Origin: a virus
Length of the DNA stretch: 64,000 nt
Direction: 5' to 3' (one strand)
IMG/VR virus record: IMGVR_UViG_3300032334_001950
Coordinates: 1 to 64,000 of that record
The notes under the pieces are model-generated. The model was not told where the DNA came from. It did no database searches and saw nothing but the letters and a program-made list of their open reading frames with translations. Positions 9,881 through 18,088 of the stretch are shown in pieces. The translations under genes and the position numbers were made by a program. Numbering within the stretch: position 1 is the first letter of the stretch; each line of letters begins with the position of its first letter.

Positions 9881-9997
9881 GATGCACGTAGCGCGTTGGG
9901 CCCATAGCCCAAAAGGCGGCGTGTCAACACCGAGGTAGCTCCTCATATGTAAGGTCGCTCCTTACAGTGTACCTCCGGCTAAACGGAGGGGTGCGTT
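9881..9997 (+). ncRNA. putative structured ncRNA
   Basis: Closing stem GATGCAC/GTGCGTT enclosing hairpins TTGGGC/GCCCAA, GAGG/CCTC, GTAAGG/CCTTAC, CCTCCG/CGGAGG. Confidence 0.5.
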
Positions 9998-10041
9998 CAT
10001 TAACCTTATAAATGAACCCAGCGGGAAAGGGACCCGCGCCT

Positions 10042-10111
10042 CAACGCTAAGCCAAATGGTTAGGCAATCCGACAAGGGGTCCTGTACCTGGTTCGATTCC
10101 AGGAGCGTTGA
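10042..10111 (+). tRNA. tRNA-like element or pseudo-tRNA (no canonical anticodon arm)
   Basis: Acceptor CAACGCT/AGCGTTG, D arm GCC..TGGTTA GGC, perfect T arm CCTGG-TTCGATT-CCAGG; anticodon arm only 14 nt. Confidence 0.6.
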
Positions 10112-10118
10112 TTTTTGT

Positions 10119-10646
10119 TTAAGTTGATTCTTCTAATCCTTTACGTATAATGGCCCATTCTTTTGGTGTTGGCCACCAGCCACCTTCATGTTTGTTTAAC
10201 AATTCCAATGCTTGTTCTTTGTTGGTAAGCACAGGAGGTTTCCAATCATGAGTATGCAACCAAGGCATGTTTTCTTGAACAGAACTCCAGCGAATTGGTA
10301 CTATATAACCGTACAAAACACTTTGGATATGTACATGCCCATGTCTGTTACCATCTTTTTCAGTAGGCTTTCTATCTGTAATCCATGGGCATGACTCCCA
10401 CCATGCAACACTTGGATATTCATCATCCTTAGTTGGTTCAATTGTTTCTAACGGTAATATTTCTACAACATCACGAAAATTTTCTTCTTTATTAATAAAA
10501 TAATACCCATCATCTGTATAATTACGCGAGCCAGCTTCGTGAGGATAACAACAAGTTCCCATAAATTTTGTTTGATATTCAACAATTTCTCCAGTGCGAA
10601 GACGTACCTTCTGCCCTGGCACACAAGTGTTCAAGTTAACAGTCAT
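10119..10646 (-). CDS. hypothetical accessory protein
   Basis: 175-aa AT-rich ORF; C-terminus resembles that of 23052..23384. Confidence 0.6.
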   Translation of the reverse strand: MTVNLNTCVPGQKVRLRTGEIVEYQTKFMGTCCYPHEAGSRNYTDDGYYFINKEENFRDVVEILPLETIEPTKDDEYPSVAWWESCPWITDRKPTEKDGNRHGHVHIQSVLYGYIVPIRWSSVQENMPWLHTHDWKPPVLTNKEQALELLNKHEGGWWPTPKEWAIIRKGLEEST

Positions 10647-10697
10647 GATTGTTAATGCGATGGTAAATGAATCAGAATAAAAACTAAATCAATCATT

Positions 10698-11288
10698 TCA
10701 TATTGTTTTTCTGCGTTCGTAAACCAGCGAATACGATTGCACCAATTGCGCTTGCCCTGGTGCCCCCGGAGCATCAGCAATCAAGTCGGAACGCAACCGA
10801 TCTTTATCAGGTAGTTTCTCTTGCTTGACCTCCAGCACATGGCCATCGCGGATCCTGGTAACAGTTGTCACTTTTTCCAGGCCATATTCCTGTTGGTCCT
10901 CTTCAGCCCATAGCTGCCAGTTGTCCACCAACTTAGGCTTGGCGCGACGAATCACAGCCTGATACTTGTTGCCCTTGATCTTGTTGTCAATCAACCCCTG
11001 CTGATAGACGTGCTTAATGATCTGCACAATCTTTTCTTTGTTGGATACCCACGCATCCTTGGCCTCTTTGATTTCATTTAACTCCTCTTCTAACATTTGA
11101 ATGTTGCGATCACAGCTCTTAATCAGGTCTACGATCGCATCAAACTTAGATGCCTGGCGAGAAGTTAAAGCTGCGATGTACTGCTCCAATCGATCCTTTT
11201 CATCGTCGGTAACATCCGGTAATTCGGTTGTAAATTTGACGTTGACGAGAGATTCAGAAAGTTGTTGGTAGGTTGTGGGGTCAGCCAT
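10698..11288 (-). CDS. Siphovirus Gp157-like protein
   Basis: Coiled coil, KFDAIV..IK, C-terminal PDKDRLR...GAQL pattern. Confidence 0.6.
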   Translation of the reverse strand: MADPTTYQQLSESLVNVKFTTELPDVTDDEKDRLEQYIAALTSRQASKFDAIVDLIKSCDRNIQMLEEELNEIKEAKDAWVSNKEKIVQIIKHVYQQGLIDNKIKGNKYQAVIRRAKPKLVDNWQLWAEEDQQEYGLEKVTTVTRIRDGHVLEVKQEKLPDKDRLRSDLIADAPGAPGQAQLVQSYSLVYERRKTI

Positions 11289-11810
11289 GTTTTTGTGTAG
11301 TGTGGAAATTTTGTAGGGCGAGAGTGTCTGCCTACGATAAATTTACGATGCAGCCGAGGGGACTCTTCGTTTAATGCAACGTTCCTTGTTGCACCCCCAT
11401 AACTTAAAAAAGATTAAGTTAACTGAGCAAACCAGTCATAGCAACGGATCTGCCGTTTACTTTAAAAAAGTACGTTTAAAAGCGTCCCACATATGATTAA
11501 GACGCTTTTCTCCTACATCAAAAGGACGATCAACTTTTTGAGCTTCTACTATCGAATAAATTTCATCTTGAATAATAGAGCGGAGAAAATCAATTTGCCT
11601 GTCAGTCATCAGATTGCTCAATAGTTGGAAGAGATGGACCAAGGCTTTCTAGCCAGCACAGCATGCACCAGTTACCTTCATAATTTTTAATGTTGCTGCT
11701 AATGTAGTGTTCATGTGTGCCGTGCTTAGAACACACAATTTGTTTTTTAGAAACCTTGAAGTTTAAAAATTCAGTCATTTGATTGTGATGGTTTGTTTAA
11801 GATAAAAAAA

Positions 11811-11951
11811 TCAGCCTTTCCCTTGCCCCCTGCTGGGCTTTTTTCGTTGCACCTTCCAAGATCCACGCTTGCGCTTGCCTTGACCGACCGAGGTGCGCTT
11901 GGGCTTGGATTCGATGTGAGCATTTCCGCCGCTGAATGATTTTGCAGCCAT
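11811..11951 (-). CDS. small basic cyanophage protein
   Basis: MAAKS...KPKRTSVGQGKRKR...KPSRGQG; internal ATG at 11951. Confidence 0.6.
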   Translation of the reverse strand: MAAKSFSGGNAHIESKPKRTSVGQGKRKRGSWKVQRKKPSRGQGKG

Positions 11952-12068
11952 GGGACCCGTGGTGTGGACCAGGACAGCATAGCAACAAACCAGCAGCCCT
12001 CTTAAAAAATTGATACAATACTTAAGATTTTTTGGAAGTAGGATTGCAGGGTAGTCCGCATCAAGGCA

Positions 12069-12314
12069 ATGGGATTTGAAGTGATCGAGGTTCCATTCCA
12101 GCCCGACGACTTTACTCAAACAGTCGAAGACGAATTTACTCTCGTTAAAATTAAAAACGAAATAGAAAGTACAACCGATATTGCTACACTTAAAAAAGGT
12201 GCAATCCTCCTGGCGGAATTAGCAATCATGCGCCAAGGCTTGATCCGTGGTCTCGTGCGTAGGCTCGCGGACTACGATTGCCAAGCCATCCACACCAAAT
12301 ACAAGGACTCCTGA
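12069..12314 (+). CDS. NblA-like phycobilisome degradation adaptor (putative)
   Basis: TVEDEFTL..I...I then second helix LKK..LL....RQGLIRGLV matches NblA helix-turn-helix spacing. Confidence 0.5.
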   Translation: MGFEVIEVPFQPDDFTQTVEDEFTLVKIKNEIESTTDIATLKKGAILLAELAIMRQGLIRGLVRRLADYDCQAIHTKYKDS

Positions 12315-12358
12315 ACCTAATCAAAGTAGAATATCAAAAGCAAACAACAGAAAATACG

Positions 12359-13744
12359 GTGCCTGATTACTCAGAAATGCTCGATGATTGGCAGCGTCGC
12401 CTAGAAGCTGCGCCAACATTTGGTCCCACTTTTGAGGGGTTTGATTATAAAACGCCAGAATACAATAGGCTTACCGAAACTCAATTGGCATTAGAAGATC
12501 TTTCCGCCAATGAGAATGCAAGCCCTGCTGTAGTCAAAAGAGCGGCCAACCAATTTAAAGATGCTTTCATTGCAAATAGACAAAATTTACAGGCGCAACT
12601 TGGGCCAAGCGTTACTCCGGTCAATGAATTACTAGATAGATTCTATGCGGCATCCCCTGGGGCGGCTAATTTTAGGGCGAGAGGAGTACCTGACGATTAC
12701 AGGCACGAAATCTATAGCCATTTATACCCTTGGGAGGCTAATTTATCCCCAGATTATCGCAATTTTCAAGGCAATGAATTAAATTTACAAGCATCACCAA
12801 TTACCCCCCTAAATGAAGGGGTTGCGGTCTGGACAGATAGGGGGATGGCTAAGCGAAACTCCCTTAGAGGTTTACCTGCGAATGATCCAGCAAATATTGG
12901 AAATTATTTCAAAGATTTTGTTGGCATAGTAGCAGAAGATGATGATGCGTATGCAATTCCAGGAGGGGAAGAGATTTGGCGTAAGCAATACGGTGAGGGC
13001 AAAGATCAAAGTCAAAAATTAGCGGATATTGGCGCACTTTACAGGGAAAAATACATAGAGCCAGCAACGCAACGTTTTCAGAACCTAGCACGGGCGCAGG
13101 CCCCCATGGCAGAGGCTGCGTTGAGAGGGTACAACGGTGCATCTAGAGCCCTATCCGAGCACCTAATGTCTTATGTTGATCTTGCCAATAACGAACTTAT
13201 ACAGTCCGGTCAACGCGCACCATTTGACAATGCATTTGTTGAACGCAACCTTCTGTATGGCACTGACCCAGTAACAGCCGGACTTCAAGGTGCAAAAGAA
13301 ATGTTACGTGCAGCGCCGGCAGGTCTTGCTGGTGGGGCAGCATTAAGTGCATTGTCCCCTGATGTAGCACGATCAGTAGCACAAGGTAAGTATGGCCAAG
13401 CTGCCACACAAACCGTAAAAGATTTAGCTGGGGGAGCAGCTGCTGATTTGGCAATACGTTCTGCAGGACAGGGGCTTCAACGTGTCGCCCCTCAGATAGC
13501 AGCGCGGGTTAACCCTCTAGTAGCAGCCGCCGCTGATGTTGCGGTACCAGCGGCAGTTGGTGCAGGTCTCTTTATGCAAGGACAGAAAGGCTCCCCTCTA
13601 AATACCCTGGTCAATGCCGCATCCAATACACCCTTCGGATTGAAGGTAAATCTCAAAACGGATATAGGACGCATGGCCGGCAATGAGCTGCAATACGCTT
13701 TAGGTCGATTGTTGGGCGGGAAGATCCCCTATATGGGTCGTTAA
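12359..13744 (+). CDS. putative internal virion/ejected protein (RMAG motif)
   Basis: GTG start 26 nt after TAGAAT; Ala/Gly-rich C-terminus; RMAG at 13670. Confidence 0.6.
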   Translation: MPDYSEMLDDWQRRLEAAPTFGPTFEGFDYKTPEYNRLTETQLALEDLSANENASPAVVKRAANQFKDAFIANRQNLQAQLGPSVTPVNELLDRFYAASPGAANFRARGVPDDYRHEIYSHLYPWEANLSPDYRNFQGNELNLQASPITPLNEGVAVWTDRGMAKRNSLRGLPANDPANIGNYFKDFVGIVAEDDDAYAIPGGEEIWRKQYGEGKDQSQKLADIGALYREKYIEPATQRFQNLARAQAPMAEAALRGYNGASRALSEHLMSYVDLANNELIQSGQRAPFDNAFVERNLLYGTDPVTAGLQGAKEMLRAAPAGLAGGAALSALSPDVARSVAQGKYGQAATQTVKDLAGGAAADLAIRSAGQGLQRVAPQIAARVNPLVAAAADVAVPAAVGAGLFMQGQKGSPLNTLVNAASNTPFGLKVNLKTDIGRMAGNELQYALGRLLGGKIPYMGR

Positions 13745-13753
13745 CTTACCCAC

Positions 13754-13779
13754 AAAAAAGGGGGAGTGTTACCTCCCCC
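13754..13779 (-). terminator. intrinsic terminator between convergent genes
   Basis: GGGGGAG/CTCCCCC stem with A6 tract (U6 on - strand). Confidence 0.7.
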
Positions 13780-13785
13780 ACAAGA

Positions 13786-14712
13786 TCAGAAGCTTATTTC
13801 TCCCGTGTCAGCATCCCTGGCTCCAAGCAATGCACGGGTGCTACCACCACTCGATTCGATCGGAGGCAAGCTCAGGTCCACACCGGGCTTCAGGGCATGA
13901 ACCCCTAGCTCCCTAGCACACTGCGCAAAGAAACTGGCGGCGTAAATAGTGGGAGGGCAGGTCGTCCACACGTCCTCAATGAAGTCGATATCTTCTGCCT
14001 TTTTAGGGAAGAAATCACCAACGGTTTTGGCAGTAGGTACAACCCAGGACTCAGGGTAGCTGATCCAGCTCTTGGCTTTATCACCACCGTACAGCTGGGA
14101 GCCGAACGTAGGAGTAAAGATTGCAGCTGCCGTCTGCTTAGGATCAAATCCGGTAGCAGCCTTCAGCCCCATGGCATCCGCAAAGGCAGACTCCAACTGC
14201 TCAATGAAGTTCTGGTAAGCATCACAGAACAAGTTGGATGCACCGCCGTGGATTGAGAGGATCAACGGTTTTTTGTGGACTGCAACCCCATTGGCATCTA
14301 CTAGGAAGATCAGGACCAGGCGACGACGACGGTAGGGGCTGGGCTGACCGGGGTTCTCTTCCTCCCACTTGTCGTAGAGGGCAGAATCACGGGGGTACAT
14401 TCCCTCGATGGCGCTCTCCTTGGAGTTTTCGATGAAGGTGACATCCTTACGGAAACCACAATGGATCACAATCATGCGGGGAGTCTTAAAGAAAAGCCCT
14501 TCATTCTTGTCACCATTGTTGTACACATGGGTGTACTCCTTGGCATCTGGGAACTGCTTTACGTTCCCGGTCCAGCCAATACGGGACAGCGCAGTATCTT
14601 TCAGAAATAAGCCTGACTGGCTTTTGTCATTGAGGATCTGTGCATTGACAAGATCACGCATTACACCCTGATACTTTTCGGTGTTCAGATAACGGTCAAG
14701 TACGCCTGGCAT
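13786..14712 (-). CDS. recombination/replication-associated protein (DUF5895-like)
   Basis: 308 aa next to SSB; QILND..GLF and R.VLIFLVD..HKKPL.L..HG resemble cyanobacterial DUF5895 from memory. Confidence 0.5.
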   Translation of the reverse strand: MPGVLDRYLNTEKYQGVMRDLVNAQILNDKSQSGLFLKDTALSRIGWTGNVKQFPDAKEYTHVYNNGDKNEGLFFKTPRMIVIHCGFRKDVTFIENSKESAIEGMYPRDSALYDKWEEENPGQPSPYRRRRLVLIFLVDANGVAVHKKPLILSIHGGASNLFCDAYQNFIEQLESAFADAMGLKAATGFDPKQTAAAIFTPTFGSQLYGGDKAKSWISYPESWVVPTAKTVGDFFPKKAEDIDFIEDVWTTCPPTIYAASFFAQCARELGVHALKPGVDLSLPPIESSGGSTRALLGARDADTGEISF

Positions 14713-14785
14713 TGTTCGAGTACGTTTGGGACAAAGCCAACCCCAATCGGGGCCAGCTGGTGCCAGCCTAGATCACGGCGGGCAC

Positions 14786-14827
14786 AAAAAAATGGGCAAC
14801 CTGTAAATTTTTCTTACAAGTTGCCCA
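14786..14827 (-). terminator. hairpin with U tract
   Basis: TGGGCAAC/GTTGCCCA stem plus A7. Confidence 0.5.
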
Positions 14828-14903
14828 AATTGTATTAGTTAAACTTATGAGACCATCCTTTAATAACGCATTGCCCAATTAAAGGATGAGCCCTTTACCT
14901 TTC

Positions 14904-15590
14904 TTACATAGGAATCCTTTCTTCATCAACAACCTTAACCGCTGCTCGTTTCACCACATGGGAAGTTGCCGCAGCAGGCTCTTCCGTAGCTTCTTGGCGG
15001 TTCTTATTCTTACCGAAGACGCTATAAAGCCCAGACCGTACATGAAACTGGTACGATCCACGCTCCTGTCCATCTTTTGCTGTCCAAGTGTTATAACGCA
15101 ACGTAGCCTCCAATGCCATCTGGCGCCCAACATGGATCAATTGTTCCAGCCGCCGCGCATCATCGTGCCATGCCACCATCTTAAAACTGAGACTATCGTC
15201 CCAATTATGGTTCAACAATGTTTGCCCCGGTGCAGAACACATCAAACTGAACGCCAATAAATCCTCCCGTGTCTTTTCATTGATGAAGCCAACACCACCA
15301 GCAAGATGCACCACGTTAAGGACAGGCCCACCCAAAACTTGGATAGGTTGGTTCGGTACCAAGTACATCTTGTAATCTTGCCGATTGGGGTACAACCGAC
15401 CACTGATCAATAGCTTCACCCCAGGCTGGAATACATCAAATGTTTCACCTGCAGCCCGATTCGGAACAACGTAAAGCGGGACCTCTGCGCTGCTTCCTTT
15501 GTGACCCGGCAAGTTAACCTGCATAAAACGCAACCCGCTTTCCGTAAAATGCTCGCCCTTGTAGGTGCCGGTTGCCAGTAGCGTGTTCAT
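14904..15590 (-). CDS. single-stranded DNA-binding protein (two OB folds)
   Basis: Two SSB-like halves (LLISGRL; GRQMALEATLRYNTWTAKDGQER) and acidic tail DEERIPM. Confidence 0.75.
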   Translation of the reverse strand: MNTLLATGTYKGEHFTESGLRFMQVNLPGHKGSSAEVPLYVVPNRAAGETFDVFQPGVKLLISGRLYPNRQDYKMYLVPNQPIQVLGGPVLNVVHLAGGVGFINEKTREDLLAFSLMCSAPGQTLLNHNWDDSLSFKMVAWHDDARRLEQLIHVGRQMALEATLRYNTWTAKDGQERGSYQFHVRSGLYSVFGKNKNRQEATEEPAAATSHVVKRAAVKVVDEERIPM

Positions 15591-15611
15591 GTTTTCTTTA
15601 GATTTGGTTGG

Positions 15612-16061
15612 TTAATGGTCGATTGTCTGGAGCTGGACGCCAGCCTCCTCAAAGAGCCTAGCAGCCAACAAGAAGTTCTCCAGCCACCGCTCCGGGATTC
15701 CTCCCCTGGCGCTGACATAAACTTCGGCGGTCCCTGCATTGATCAAAGCAGCAGCACACCTACTGCAAGGATGAAAAGTTGTATAAGCAGTAGAACCCTC
15801 CGTGGAAATACCGTGGAGTGCTGCAGTGATGATTGCGTTGGTCTCTGCATGGATGGTTGCTTCATACTTGAATTCACGATCATTGAGACGATTCAAATCA
15901 TCACTAATGTTTTGCGGGAATCCGTTATATCCAGTGCTGATTATCTTCTTGTCCTTAACAAGAACACAGCCAACCTTGGTACTAGGATCCCTACTCCACG
16001 TAGCAATTTCATTCGCTATTCGCATAAAGCGAACGTGCCACTTCTCTTCTTTGTTATTCAT
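15612..16061 (-). CDS. dCMP deaminase
   Basis: SRDPSTKVGC, TGYNGFP, HAE.NA, PCSRCA zinc motifs. Confidence 0.93.
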   Translation of the reverse strand: MNNKEEKWHVRFMRIANEIATWSRDPSTKVGCVLVKDKKIISTGYNGFPQNISDDLNRLNDREFKYEATIHAETNAIITAALHGISTEGSTAYTTFHPCSRCAAALINAGTAEVYVSARGGIPERWLENFLLAARLFEEAGVQLQTIDH

Positions 16062-16228
16062 TTAGCAAAAGAAGCCTCCAATCTTTCAAGGATCACCTCC
16101 TCAATGATTACCTGGCGACCAATCAAAACATTGATGAATTTGGTCAATTGATCACTCATTTGCTGCAACTCTTCGTTGCCCAAATCATGGAGTGAAGCAC
16201 GGATGCAGTTTTCGTTTGTGGCGTCCAT
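16058..16228 (-). CDS. hypothetical protein (56 aa, below cutoff)
   Basis: MDATNENCIRASLHDLGNEELQQ...; ATGA overlap with dCMP deaminase. Confidence 0.55.
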   Translation of the reverse strand: MDATNENCIRASLHDLGNEELQQMSDQLTKFINVLIGRQVIIEEVILERLEASFAK

Positions 16229-16327
16229 GGTGTGGATGCAGGACGGACCCAGCGTACCGCATGATCAGCCAGGCGTCCATTACGATTCATCAACAGTAGA
16301 ATTGAAATCATAGGCAGTGACTGCAAA

Positions 16328-17557
16328 GTGGCGTTATTTCCCGGTACAAACTTTAATTATTTTGGTAGCCAACAAAACACAGATGATGCCGACGAGTGGA
16401 ATAACGTCCCACAAGATAGTACAATATCTTTCGATCCAAGCTCACTGGACAAATCTGCAGGGAATTTCGGTGGTCAATATAGAGATGTAGCACTTGATCC
16501 CGGTCAATTTGCTAGGGCTTTTGCGCAGAAAATTTCCCAGGGTTACGGGGCAGTTGATAGGGCGTTAGGGGGAGTTTTGCCTGGTGGTGCAGATAGCCCA
16601 TATATTGGGGCATCTACTACAGCGGCTGGACGCAAGGGTGCAGTTGACGCAGCAAGTACCTGGGCTGTAGATGCTGCGTTACCGTTGGCGAATAAAGCCG
16701 CACTTGCCCTAGTCGACAGGGCCCAGAAGAACCCGGCAGCACAAATATCATTGCAAACGTTGAATGATATTCGACAAAGAGTAAGCAACACACTTGGTAA
16801 AGATGTCGTAGCATACGTCGGGCCAAAACAGTATCCCCATTTTGATCCATCAGATGAATTTTCAAAGGGGCCTGCTATCGCCTTACGGCCCTCCACACCC
16901 ACTACAGATTTGGGCATTATGCTATATGGGTCTAAACCGCAAAATCTTAGAGAATTTGAAAATACGCTTGTCCACTCACCCATAGCTTTACATGAGTTGG
17001 GGCATGCACTTAATACAGGAGACCCATTTGCAAATAGATTAGCAGAATCTCGAAACATGGATATCAATCGATTTACAGGGTATAGTCGCACGCCAAATTA
17101 CATAGCAGGTATTGGGGCGGCCACTTCAGATAAAAACGGAAACAAAAGTCTTTTGGCATCGGGCATACAGGGAGCCTTAGAATATTTAGCCGCGCCAGGC
17201 ACTCGGCATACGCTTGCAGAAGAAGCTTTGGCAAGCAGAAATGCAATAAATCTTGCTGATGAATTTAATTTACCTCGTGGCATTCCGGGACTTGGGGCTG
17301 CTTTTGGTACGTATGCTACATCTAGGGCCATGCCAGGATTCACTACGGGAGTCGCGTCTGAATTAGTCACACGCGGGGCTAGAGCATTTGGCAATGCAAT
17401 TGGTGATTACATTATTGACCCGATAGGTGACCGCATTAGGGGAAATGACTACAATCCCCTTGAACAACAATTGCGCAAGTACGGATACAATGAAAAAGAT
17501 TACAGGTTAGCCCAGCCAGGCGGATTTGGTGCACCTGTCCAAGTGCAGCACAAGTAG
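16328..17557 (+). CDS. putative zinc metallopeptidase-domain virion protein
   Basis: ALHELGHAL (HExxH) with downstream EEALAS third-ligand pattern. Confidence 0.6.
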   Translation: MALFPGTNFNYFGSQQNTDDADEWNNVPQDSTISFDPSSLDKSAGNFGGQYRDVALDPGQFARAFAQKISQGYGAVDRALGGVLPGGADSPYIGASTTAAGRKGAVDAASTWAVDAALPLANKAALALVDRAQKNPAAQISLQTLNDIRQRVSNTLGKDVVAYVGPKQYPHFDPSDEFSKGPAIALRPSTPTTDLGIMLYGSKPQNLREFENTLVHSPIALHELGHALNTGDPFANRLAESRNMDINRFTGYSRTPNYIAGIGAATSDKNGNKSLLASGIQGALEYLAAPGTRHTLAEEALASRNAINLADEFNLPRGIPGLGAAFGTYATSRAMPGFTTGVASELVTRGARAFGNAIGDYIIDPIGDRIRGNDYNPLEQQLRKYGYNEKDYRLAQPGGFGAPVQVQHK

Positions 17558-17584
17558 AATTGAACCATCAACAATAGAAGTACA

Positions 17585-18088
17585 GTGGCATTTTCTGGGG
17601 CAAGCCAATTCTTAAAAGATTTTCTTTCAGGAGCCGTATCAGGGGAGATACAACCTCCTGCCCCCGGTGGCGCCTCTTTTGCTGATTATATGGATCCAGC
17701 AGCAGACAAAAGCCCTTATTCATATCCAGCGGCACCGTCTCCCGCCGCTAAATCACCTAGCTTTAGTGATTACATGAATGCCCCTAGGACAGGTTTTCCA
17801 ACCATGACGCCTGTGCCGCCCCCTCAGCCAAGTCCTTTCAATTTCCAAGATTATATGAATAGAGGTTCCGCAAACCCCTTCCAATCCATGGGGATGCCCA
17901 GCAACTTTGATGGAACACAAATTGCAGCACAACCGGCGTTTGGCGGAGGCGGGATACCTGAGCACGTAAGGCAGTGGCGCAGACAAATTGATAATGTTTA
18001 TACGGATCCCTCAGATCGCGCAGCAGCTACAGCAAAATGGCTGGAGTGGCAAAAAGAAAATAACGCCGGACCTGTACGCGGCGTTTGA
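17585..18088 (+). CDS. Pro-rich putative virion protein
   Basis: Three F.DYM repeats; own TAGAAT box 24 nt upstream. Confidence 0.55.
   Translation: MAFSGASQFLKDFLSGAVSGEIQPPAPGGASFADYMDPAADKSPYSYPAAPSPAAKSPSFSDYMNAPRTGFPTMTPVPPPQPSPFNFQDYMNRGSANPFQSMGMPSNFDGTQIAAQPAFGGGGIPEHVRQWRRQIDNVYTDPSDRAAATAKWLEWQKENNAGPVRGV

Noticed and set aside
9881-10111. tmRNA
   Set aside because: Too short, no alanine-type acceptor (G3-U70) and no tag reading frame seen
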